Positions 7,595-15,848 of a stretch of DNA of 20,000 nucleotides are shown here, one piece after another. Positions within the stretch are counted from its first letter, which is position 1. Every line of letters starts with the position of its first letter. The notes under the pieces were generated by a model. It had not been told where the DNA came from. It ran no database searches and saw only the letters and a list, made by a program, of their open reading frames with translations. The translations under genes and the position numbers were made by a program. This DNA comes from Myxococcota bacterium (GTDB lineage Bacteria; Myxococcota; Myxococcia; Myxococcales; Myxococcaceae), in NCBI GenBank assembly GCA_049322255.1, contig JBMORE010000166.1:44060-64059 (forward strand). The letters run 5' to 3'.

Positions 7595-9956
7595 GGTGAT
7601 GGTTGAAGTGTACCCCCGCCGCCGCGGAAGACCGAAAGCGCGGCCAGCACCACAAGGAACGAGAGCGACGGGGCCGACGCGCAGCCGCAGCCAAGGTCGA
7701 GGGGGCCGGCTGGGCGGCAAGTCACCGTCACCTCGATGCGTTGAACCGCCGAACCTTCCGCTCCTTGCGCCACGAGGTCGAACACCTGTGGCCCGGCCTG
7801 TCCGGGGGTGGGCCGCCAGGACAGCTCTCCGCTTTCGGTGTTGATGAACAGGCCCGCGGGCAGAGGCTGGGTGTCGGCGCCGCGCAGGAGGAAGGTGAAC
7901 GGACCTTGACCTTCGACCACCGGGCGGCCTAGCTCGGAGTAGAGGTAAGGCACATGGCAGCGTGCCTCACCCAGCGGGCTGGACAAAAAGCGCGGAGGGC
8001 CGGTACAGCGCGAGGCCCCGGGACAAAAGGTCGAGCTTCCATCACAAAGAAGCGTGGGGTCACAGCCGCAGGAGGTTCCGGCGGCGACAGGGCCGCACGT
8101 GCCGTCTTGGGTCGCTCCTGCGGCCACGCTGCACGATTGGCAGTCGGAGGCGCCTTGACCACAGGCCGACTCGCAGCACACCCCGTCGATGCAAAAGCCG
8201 CTCGCACACACCCCGGCGTTGGGGCACGGCTCACCTAACGCACGGGCGAGGCCGATGATGCGGCCGCGCACGCGGGTGACGTTCAAGGTGGGGAAGTCTT
8301 GGTAGCGCTCGTACGCCACCAGCGTTCGCCCGTTTCCATCGGAAGCAGCGACAGGGGAGCGCTCGTCGTAAGGTTCGGCGGAGACCGAAAAGTCTTGGGG
8401 GTCGACCACCGTGCCGTCGAGCGCCACCCGGGCGCCGCGGAGCTCGGTTTGCGCCCCCGCGAGGTGTTGCCAGACGACGAGGTAGTGCACTCCATCGAAG
8501 GCGACTTGTGGAAACTCTTGGTCCGAGGCAGCGGTGGAGATGACGATGCCGCCCGGGTCGAGGACGGTGGTGTCACTCACCCGCGCGCCGTAGATGTCGG
8601 AGGTGCCATTCCGGCGGTCCTTCCACACCACCAGGGCTTGCGTCCCGGTGGAGGCCAACGCGGGCGAGGTTTGGTCTACCGGCTCCGCAGTGATGCGAAA
8701 ACCCGAAGGGGGGTTGACTTGCGTTCCGGTGACGAGGGCGCCGTAGATGTCGTCGTCGCTGCCTCGCCCATCCGTCCACACCACCAGGTAGCCGCCACCG
8801 ACGAACGCCACCTGTGGGTCGAGCTGGTTGTCGGGCGTGGGCGCGGAAACGATGGCGAGCCCGTTGACGTCTTGTACCGTCCCCGCGCCGGTGACGCGCG
8901 CGCCGTAGACGTCCCAGCGGCTGCCCTGCGTGGCGTCGTTTCGAAAGTCCTGCCACACGACGAAGTAGTCGGTGCCATCGGAGGCGACAGCGGGGTTTCG
9001 CTGAGCGTTGGTTGCGCTGGAGACGACGAAAGCGGTGCCCAGCGCTGGTCCGTCGGACGACAAAAGGCGCGCGTTCACGTTGTCGTAGCTGCCCCAGGCG
9101 ACCAAGAAGCTCTGGCCGTTCGAGCCCACGGCGACTTGGCCGAGCGCATATTCGCTGCCGGCGACCGAAACGCCCGAGGGGTCCCGCACCTGCCCTGACG
9201 CATCCACGCGTGTGGCATACACGGCCTGCGTGTTTCCATTGCCACCTCGTGCATCGGCCCACACCAAGAGCCACTGCGTGCCTTCCCAGACAATCGCTGG
9301 GCGCGATTGAAGATTCGCGGCCCGAGTCAGCGGCGGGTTGATGGACGTGTTCGTCCCAGCGAGCGAAACGAGCCTCGCCTGGATTTGCCCTTCGTAGGCA
9401 TAGGTGAACAGGTACCCACCGCCTCCGAAAGCAATGTGCGGGTCGGAGGGTTGGGAGTCGCTCGGGAGAACGCCCCCAGGGTCCAACACGACGCCACCCG
9501 CCGAGACGCGCGAATAGCCCGCGGGGGACACGAATAGGTGGTGTAACAGGACCAGCCCACCAAGAAGTCGGTGTCGTCGGAAGCGACCGCGGGCCGGCCC
9601 TCCTCGGCCGTGGTGGCGATGACCGGAAAGGGCGCTCCCGCTGGCTGGCCATTGGTATCCACCCGAAGCGCATGCACGTCCGGTGGCCCGGCGCTGCTTC
9701 GCTCATAGGCGAGCAGGAATTGGGAGCCGCCGAAGGCAAGCGCGGGGAGCCGGTCGTCGCTGGGGTCGCTCACCAGCGCCAGCCCGGAAGCGTCGAGCAC
9801 CGCTCCGGAGGGCGCCACGCGCGCGCCATAAACGTCCCAGGTGACGTTGGTGCGAAAGTCCTCCCAGGCGACGAAGAAGCTTCCCCCGCCGACGGCCACC
9901 ATGGGCCGCGCCTGGTTGCCGACCGCCGCACTGATGGCGATGCCCGCGCCATCGAG
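7438..9956 (-). CDS. Large surface protein (5' partial, frameshifted near 9525): ~55-aa beta-rich repeats, Cys-rich domain, He_PIG/Ig-like domain, MYXO-CTERM-like tail
   Basis: Repeats P.VA.dG..ylVvW.D.R...DiYGARV...G.VlD occur in both ORF 9327-9956 and ORF 7438-9531; CASGFCIDGVCCESAC; LPAGLFINTESGELSWRP; GCGCASAPSLSFLVVLAAL. 5' end is lost in the gap. Confidence 0.78.
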
Positions 9957-10056
9957 NNNNNNNNNNNNNNNNNNNNNNNNNNNNNNNNNNNNNNNNNNNN
10001 NNNNNNNNNNNNNNNNNNNNNNNNNNNNNNNNNNNNNNNNNNNNNNNNNNNNNNNN
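9957..10056. other. Assembly gap (100 N)
   Basis: Run of exactly 100 N, typical of an unknown-size placeholder. Confidence 0.99.
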
Positions 10057-10134
10057 GCACGGGTGCAAGGCAGCGCCACCATCGCCACACAAGGCTACTC
10101 CAACACGCGAGCGGAAAAGCGTGGTGGCTGAAAG

Positions 10135-11217
10135 CTACGGAGTGGGAGCGGGCGCCCCCTCAGGAGCCGGCGGCGGCGCGGGCGGAGCAAAGGGCGGCTG
10201 CGCCTCCAGCTTCTTTTGCAGCTCGTACGCCCCGTCGGTGCCGCGCAGCTGGACGAGCGACTGTACGTAGTACACCAGCGCCCACAGCTTGTCCTCCTCC
10301 AGCACCCCCTTCCACCCGGGCATCGCCGCGCCGCCGATGCCCACCCCGATGGTGCGATAGAGGTCCTCCCGCTGCATCGCCTCGGTGTAGGCCACGTAGT
10401 TGTAGTCGCCCTCGTTCACCTCGGTGCCCACCGGGTAGGCGGTCTTCACCGGGTGGAAGAGGAAGTCTGGCGGCAAGAGCTGGTGGGTCTTGGTGGGCTC
10501 CCCCGCCTCGTCGTAGGCGATGGGGTACTCGCTGGCCTTGAGGGAGGAGCGGTACATCTCCTCGGAGAACTCGGTCACCGGGCTGGTCGGGTCGGCCTGC
10601 AAGGACATCTCGTAGATTTTCTGCTTGGTCTCGTAGGCGCGGTGGCAGCCGGAGCAGCCGGCCCCCCCCACCGCCACGTGGTAGACGCGGCTGCCCAAGG
10701 CAATTGCTTCGTCCTTCTTGCCCGCCCACGGGTCGGGAGCGATTTGAATCTCCGGGGGCACTCCTTCTTCCGTCCAGCGGGGAGAGAGAGTTTTCAAGTA
10801 AGCGATGAGGGCCTTGCGCTCCACCGCGGGGATGTCCCAGGGCAGCATCGGAGTGCCGTGGAGCCCGCGGCGAAGGGTGCGGTCGAGCGCGGCGTCCACC
10901 GGGAGCTGCCCGAAGGCGGTGCCGGGAAACTTGAACAGACCGCGCCCGAAGTTACGCGGAGGCGGGCGCATGGTCGCCGCCGAGGGGCCGTGGCCGTCGC
11001 CCTTCTCTCCGTGGCAGGCGTAGCAGTACATCATGTACGCCTCGTAGCCGTCGGTGAGCAGCTGCGCTGAGAGCACCTCGCCCGAGTTGGGCACCGCGTT
11101 GCCCTCGGCGTCGACCTTGTCGGCGAGCTTCAACGGCTCGGAAAACGACTTGCGGGTGCAACCTGCCGCCAGCGCCGCCACCGCCAACACCAAACCGAAG
11201 TACCCCTTGGGGGACAT
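10135..11217 (-). CDS. Di-heme cytochrome c lipoprotein (oxidase-associated)
   Basis: ATG 11217 gives MSPKGYFGLVLAVAALAAGC lipobox; CYACH and CSGCH; likely distal Met ligands in GTPMLPW and GAAMPGW. Confidence 0.9.
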   Translation of the reverse strand: MSPKGYFGLVLAVAALAAGCTRKSFSEPLKLADKVDAEGNAVPNSGEVLSAQLLTDGYEAYMMYCYACHGEKGDGHGPSAATMRPPPRNFGRGLFKFPGTAFGQLPVDAALDRTLRRGLHGTPMLPWDIPAVERKALIAYLKTLSPRWTEEGVPPEIQIAPDPWAGKKDEAIALGSRVYHVAVGGAGCSGCHRAYETKQKIYEMSLQADPTSPVTEFSEEMYRSSLKASEYPIAYDEAGEPTKTHQLLPPDFLFHPVKTAYPVGTEVNEGDYNYVAYTEAMQREDLYRTIGVGIGGAAMPGWKGVLEEDKLWALVYYVQSLVQLRGTDGAYELQKKLEAQPPFAPPAPPPAPEGAPAPTP

Positions 11218-11228
11218 CGACAGCCTCC

Positions 11229-11840
11229 TCACATCACGAAGATGGACACGAACATCAGCGCCCAGACGACTCCAACGAAGTGCCAATACATCGCCCACAG
11301 GCGCACCGGCAGGTACCGCGCGGCGCTGAACTCGCCGCCGAACGCACGCGCACAAACACGGCCTATCCCAGCCAGGCCCACCAGCACGTGTAGCGCGTGC
11401 AAGGCGGTGAGCCCGTAGAAGACGCTGGCGTAAGCGCCTCCGGCTTTCATGGTAAGCCCTTCGGCCCACAGCGACGCCCACAAAAGCGTCTGTAAGCCCA
11501 GGAAGAGGGCCCCCAACAGCAGCGCCCACAGCAGCGCCGGCCCCAGCGCCTTCACCTTCGCCCGCTGGACAGAGAAGAGCCCGTACTGCAGCGCTGCGCT
11601 GGACAGAGCGATGACCAAGGTATTCGCCAGAGGCAACCACAGGGGCAGCGCGGGCAAGTCCACCGGCGGCCAGGTGCCGGCCCGCGCGCGCACTCCGCCG
11701 TAGACGAAGAAGAGCGCGGCAAACATCATCGCCCAGGAGCCGAGGAAGATGACCATGCCGATGAAGGCGGTGGTTTCTTCCTTCACCCCCTTGGGGCGGT
11801 AGGGCAAAAGCTGGCCCACGGGCGTGGCGGCCTCGGACAT
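11229..11840 (-). CDS. Heme-copper oxidase subunit III family, second copy (5-TM)
   Basis: GMVIFLGSWAMMFAALF, YASVFYGLTALHALHV, MYWHFVGVVW. Confidence 0.9.
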   Translation of the reverse strand: MSEAATPVGQLLPYRPKGVKEETTAFIGMVIFLGSWAMMFAALFFVYGGVRARAGTWPPVDLPALPLWLPLANTLVIALSSAALQYGLFSVQRAKVKALGPALLWALLLGALFLGLQTLLWASLWAEGLTMKAGGAYASVFYGLTALHALHVLVGLAGIGRVCARAFGGEFSAARYLPVRLWAMYWHFVGVVWALMFVSIFVM

Positions 11841-11843
11841 CGG

Positions 11844-13643
11844 TTAGCTCTTCGCCCCCACCGCCGCCGGTTGGGCCGCGCCTCCCTGAGAGGAGGGCAG
11901 CTCTTCGGCTTGGCCAATCCAGTCGCGGCCCAGCGCCCGCTTCACCTCGGGGTTGGCGTACTCATGCGGCCCGCGCAGCACAGTGGGAATGGGGTGGTAG
12001 TTGTACCACTTGGGGGGCGACTCGCAGTGGGTCCACTCCAGGGTGCCCACCTGCCAGGGGTTGGCGTCTGCCTTCTTCCCCGCGAAGACGCTCTTGAAGA
12101 AGTTGATGACGAAGAAGAACTGGGAGATGCCCAGAAGGAAGGCGGCCCAGCTGGTCATCCGGTTGAGCGGGAGCAGGTGCTGTAAGAAGGTGTACTGGAA
12201 GGGGTCGTAGAGCCGCCGCTGCTGGCCCGAGTAGCCCGCCACCAGCTGCCCGCAGAACACCAAGGTGATGAAGATGACCGAGCCCCAGAAGTGGGCCTTG
12301 GCCAGGCCTTCGTTCATCTGCCGGCCGAACATCTTGGGGAACCAGAAGTAGAGGGCGCCGAAGCTGCCCAGGAAGGCGGCGGCGGCCATCGTCAGGTGGA
12401 AGTGGCCCACCACCCACATGGTGTCGTGCAGGTAGATGTCCGTCATGATGGTGCCCAGGTAGAGGCCGGTGAGGCCTCCTAGGCCGAAGACGAACACCGT
12501 GCCCAAGGAGAAGAGCATCGGGGAGGGGAAGCGGCTCGAGCCCTTCCACAAGGTGTGCAGCCAGTTGAGGAAAAGGACTTCGGCCGGCACCGAGATGATG
12601 AGGGTGAAAATCATGAACCCCTTGCCCAAAAGGGGGTTCATCCCGGTGAGGAACATGTGGTGCCCGTAGACGACCGCCGAGAGCACCGTCACCGACACCA
12701 TCGCCCAAACCGAGCCCTTGTACCAATAGGCGGGCTTACGGGCGAAGAAGGAGATGATGTCCGAGATGAAACCCCACGCGGGGAGAATGAGGATGTAGAC
12801 CTCGGGGTGCCCGAAAATCCAGAAGAGGTGCTGGAAGAGCAAGGGGTCGCCGCCGCCCTGCACTCCCGCGGCCCCGGCGATGAAGAACTGGGTGCCGAAG
12901 TGGCGGTCGAGGAGGAGAAGCAGACCCGCCGAGCCGAGCACCGGCACGAACAAGACGTTCAAGATGGCGGTGAGCCACAACCCCCACACGGTGAGCGGCA
13001 TGCGCATGTAGGTCATCCCCGGCGCCCGCATGCGAATGACGGTGGTGACGTAGTTCACCCCGCCCATGATGGTGGCCGCGCCGGTGACGAAGATGGCCGC
13101 CACCACCAGGGACTGTCCCATCCCCGGTGTTCCCACCTGAGTAGACAGAGGCGCATACGTCGTCCACCCCGCGCCCGCGCTGCCCAGCTGAGCCATGAAG
13201 CTGGCGATGATGAGGGCTTGGGAGAGGACGAAGGTCCAGAAGCTGTACATGTTCAGCCGCGGGAAGGCCATGTCCTGCGCCCCAATCATCAGAGGGATGC
13301 AGTAGTTGCCGAAGCAGCCAATCATGATGGGGGTAATCGCCCAGAACACCATGATGAGGCCGTGCATGGTGAAGATGGATTGGTACACCGCCGGGGTGAT
13401 GACGCCGCCCGAGCGGGGCAAGAACAGCCCGAACACCGGCACCGGCGTGCCCGGGTACGCCCACTGCCAGCGAATCATCATCGCAAGCAGGCCGCCCAGG
13501 GCGAGGAAGATGAGCCCCGCCCATAAAAACTGCTTGGCGATGACCTTGTGGTCGAGGCTGAAGAGGTACTTGCTGACGAAGGTGGTCGGCTCCGGGTGCA
13601 CCCCGGGAACTTCCTGGCCGTCGATGATTGCCCAGTGCGCCAT
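11844..13643 (-). CDS. ctaD: Cytochrome c oxidase subunit I (A-family-like, atypical K-channel)
   Basis: DHKVIA, TMHG, GNY, DMAFPRLN, GWTTYAPLS, FGHPEVYILILP, YGHHMF, LHDT, GHFH, QRR; ATG 13643 after GGAAGGAG. Confidence 0.96.
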   Translation of the reverse strand: MAHWAIIDGQEVPGVHPEPTTFVSKYLFSLDHKVIAKQFLWAGLIFLALGGLLAMMIRWQWAYPGTPVPVFGLFLPRSGGVITPAVYQSIFTMHGLIMVFWAITPIMIGCFGNYCIPLMIGAQDMAFPRLNMYSFWTFVLSQALIIASFMAQLGSAGAGWTTYAPLSTQVGTPGMGQSLVVAAIFVTGAATIMGGVNYVTTVIRMRAPGMTYMRMPLTVWGLWLTAILNVLFVPVLGSAGLLLLLDRHFGTQFFIAGAAGVQGGGDPLLFQHLFWIFGHPEVYILILPAWGFISDIISFFARKPAYWYKGSVWAMVSVTVLSAVVYGHHMFLTGMNPLLGKGFMIFTLIISVPAEVLFLNWLHTLWKGSSRFPSPMLFSLGTVFVFGLGGLTGLYLGTIMTDIYLHDTMWVVGHFHLTMAAAAFLGSFGALYFWFPKMFGRQMNEGLAKAHFWGSVIFITLVFCGQLVAGYSGQQRRLYDPFQYTFLQHLLPLNRMTSWAAFLLGISQFFFVINFFKSVFAGKKADANPWQVGTLEWTHCESPPKWYNYHPIPTVLRGPHEYANPEVKRALGRDWIGQAEELPSSQGGAAQPAAVGAKS

Positions 13644-13645
13644 GG

Positions 13646-14521
13646 CTACTGCTGCTCCTTCCACGCCCAGCCCCAGTGGGCCGAGGTGTCTTCAGGGTCG
13701 AACGCCCGCTTGCCGTTGATGCCCGCCTCGTGCTCCCACCGCCGGTAGTCCTCCTGGGAGTGCACGATGAGCTTGGCCTTCATCTTGTAATGGTGGGTGC
13801 CGCAGTGCTGGGCGCAGCCGATGTCGAACTCGCCCGGCTCCTTGGCGCGGAACCACAGCTGGTTCACCTGCCCGGGCACCGCATCCATCTTCACCCTGAA
13901 ATTCGGCAGGTAGAAGGAGTGAATCACGTCGGTGGCGGTCAATTGCAGGTGCACCGGGGTGTCCACCGGCACGTGGAGCTCGTTCCAGGTGAGGATGTCG
14001 TCGGGGCTGGGCGCGGCAGGCGTGGAGAAGCGCTTGTCTTCGCCGGCGTAGCGCCCGTCCCACGCCCACTGGTGGGCGTTCACCTCGATGCGCACCGTGT
14101 TCGCGTCGTTCTGGGGGATGGAGAAGTTCCAGAACGCTTTGTCCAGGCCGATGATGGTGTTGACGAAGAGGTTGCCGTCCACCACCGCGAAGATGAACGC
14201 CGAGAGGCACAGGGCGATGGTGACGCTGCGCTTGGACTCGCCGTGGTCGTACTCCGCCTCATGGTGGGCGTTGTGCTTGAAGCAGGCGACGGCCATCCAC
14301 ACACACATGATGACGAAGAGAATGATGTTGAAGACGTGGGTGACGTTGATGAGCCAGTCGATGAGGTGGCCGTCGTGGGAGACGTCGCGCGGCAGCCCCA
14401 AGCCGCCTTCTGGCTGCACCGCGGCGTGGGCGTAGCGGGCGGCGAGGGCCAAACCGGTGGCGACAAGCCCGAAGAGCGGCAAGCGCACGCGGCGAAGGAA
14501 GGAGCGAAGGGTGGGGTTCAT
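13646..14521 (-). CDS. ctaC: Cytochrome c oxidase subunit II (CuA), no fused cytochrome c
   Basis: AHQWAW, DVIHSF, KMDAVPG, CAQHCGTHHYKM; two TM helices; ATG 14521 overlaps the upstream stop (ATGA). Confidence 0.94.
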   Translation of the reverse strand: MNPTLRSFLRRVRLPLFGLVATGLALAARYAHAAVQPEGGLGLPRDVSHDGHLIDWLINVTHVFNIILFVIMCVWMAVACFKHNAHHEAEYDHGESKRSVTIALCLSAFIFAVVDGNLFVNTIIGLDKAFWNFSIPQNDANTVRIEVNAHQWAWDGRYAGEDKRFSTPAAPSPDDILTWNELHVPVDTPVHLQLTATDVIHSFYLPNFRVKMDAVPGQVNQLWFRAKEPGEFDIGCAQHCGTHHYKMKAKLIVHSQEDYRRWEHEAGINGKRAFDPEDTSAHWGWAWKEQQ

Positions 14522-14727
14522 GGGGACTCCGTCGAGTCGTCTTGCAGGGCGCGGCGAATGACCTGTCCCGTCACCAGCGCCACGCCAAAGGGAAGAAGAA
14601 TCATCGCGCCGAGCAAGAACACCTTGGTCACTCCCCCCTCGTCTCGGCCGGCGCACGCAGGACAGGCCAGGGCCAGGCGAGGAGCGAGGGTAAAAAGGAG
14701 CGCCGCCGCCCAAGCGAAGGTCTTCAC
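14518..14727 (-). CDS. Small exported membrane-anchored CxxC protein in the oxidase operon
   Basis: GTGA and ATGA overlaps with both neighbours; signal peptide ending ALA, then CPAC, then one TM helix. Confidence 0.8.
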   Translation of the reverse strand: MKTFAWAAALLFTLAPRLALACPACAGRDEGGVTKVFLLGAMILLPFGVALVTGQVIRRALQDDSTESP

Positions 14728-15044
14728 GGCAACAGCCTCCAGACCGCCTCGGCGATGAGCACGAAGGCGTACAGCGCCGGGAGGAGGAAGGGCAGCACCA
14801 CGGTCAGCTGGAGCGCCCGCATCTCCTGCTTGAGGTGCATGTAGTAGTAGCCGACGAAGCCGGCCTTGGTGAGCGCCATCAAGATGAGCGCGATGCCCAC
14901 GTTGCGACGGGAGATGCCCAACGCCGGGTTGGCCACCGCCACCTCGAGCACGGTGAGCACGAAGAGCACCCCGAACACCACGAAGTAGGGCTTGCGGCTG
15001 TGCGCGTGGCCGGCCGGCCCGTGTCCTTGTCCCTGATCCGCCAT
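14724..15044 (-). CDS. Cytochrome c oxidase subunit IV family (COX4_pro)
   Basis: YFVVFGVLFVLTVLEV and KAGFVGYYYMHLKQE; three TM helices. Confidence 0.9.
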   Translation of the reverse strand: MADQGQGHGPAGHAHSRKPYFVVFGVLFVLTVLEVAVANPALGISRRNVGIALILMALTKAGFVGYYYMHLKQEMRALQLTVVLPFLLPALYAFVLIAEAVWRLLP

Positions 15045-15055
15045 CGGTCGATGTC

Positions 15056-15688
15056 CTAGAGCAAGTAGATGAAGGTGAAGACGAGAATCCAGATGAGGTC
15101 CACGAAGTGCCAGAACAGGCCGAGCACCTCGACCTCGTTGTGGTCGGTCTTCCCGGCCATCGTCCGGACCATGGTGATGAGGATGTAGAGGGTCCCGGTG
15201 AGGACGTGCAGGCCGTGGAAGCTGGTGGTGACGTAGAAGGTGGAGGCGTAGGCGCTCTTGCCGAACACCAGCCCCTCGTGGGTCAGCCCGTGGCTGGCCA
15301 CCCCGAAGACGCCCCAGTACTCCTCCATCTGTCCGGCGAGGAAGAGGGCTCCGCCCAGAGCGGTGAGCGCCAGCCAGCGCACCGTGGCTTTGCGGTCATG
15401 CTCGGCTGCTGCGGCCACTGCCAGCACCATGGTGACCGAAGAGCAAATGAGGAGGAAGGTGAGCCCGGCGGTGAAGTTGATGCCCAGGGCTGGTTCGGTG
15501 GGCCCCCGCCACACCGCGCTGCCCCCGCGCAAGATGCCGTAGGCCAAAAGGAGCCCGCCAAAGGAGAAGGCGTCGGAGAGGAGGAAAATCCACATCCCGA
15601 TTTTGCCGGTAGTGGCGGTGCCGAAGTGCTCGTCGGGGGGAAGAACATGGGCGGCGTGTCCATGCTCAGCAGTCGCGGTGGCGCTCAT
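15056..15688 (-). CDS. ctaE: Cytochrome c oxidase subunit III, first gene of the operon (5-TM)
   Basis: KIGMWIFLLSDAFSF, TFLLICSSVTM, TSFHGLHV, GLFWHFVDLIWILVFTFIYL; ATG 15688. Confidence 0.92.
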   Translation of the reverse strand: MSATATAEHGHAAHVLPPDEHFGTATTGKIGMWIFLLSDAFSFGGLLLAYGILRGGSAVWRGPTEPALGINFTAGLTFLLICSSVTMVLAVAAAAEHDRKATVRWLALTALGGALFLAGQMEEYWGVFGVASHGLTHEGLVFGKSAYASTFYVTTSFHGLHVLTGTLYILITMVRTMAGKTDHNEVEVLGLFWHFVDLIWILVFTFIYLL

Positions 15689-15731
15689 GGTGTTTGGTCG
15701 TCCTCGCTCACGTGAAGCGAAACGGCGGGGT

Positions 15732-15761
15732 CGCGTAGCACGCACCGGTTTTGTGCGGCAA
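15732..15761 (-). promoter_or_regulatory. Candidate sigma70-type promoter for the oxidase operon
   Basis: Minus strand TTGCCG-N18-TACGCG with TG before the -10 (TGCTACG); weak match only. Confidence 0.25.
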
Positions 15762-15848
15762 CCAACTTTTTCTCATGTCCGGCGCGGACAGAGAGCAGAA
15801 CTGCACGCACTCAAAAGTGCAACCAATTTCGCGCGGCGAACGGGCGGA

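Noticed and set aside
8260..9956. DNA-level tandem repeats or a diversity-generating element in the surface protein
   Set aside because: Repeats are degenerate at the protein level only; no near-identical template/variable pair or reverse transcriptase is seen.
9327..10088. ORFs spanning the N gap (e.g. MAMVALPCTR start; 9672-10541)
   Set aside because: Frame continuity across a placeholder gap is meaningless.
11218..11640. 501-aa version of the cytochrome c ORF
   Set aside because: The extension overlaps subunit III' in another frame; the lipoprotein signal begins at ATG 11217.
11844..13643. Calling the enzyme a nitric oxide reductase or a cbb3/B-family oxidase
   Set aside because: HPEVY Tyr, D-channel residues, CuA subunit II and subunits III/IV point to an A-family O2 reductase scaffold; the helix VIII Glu is not at the cNOR Glu position by my alignment.
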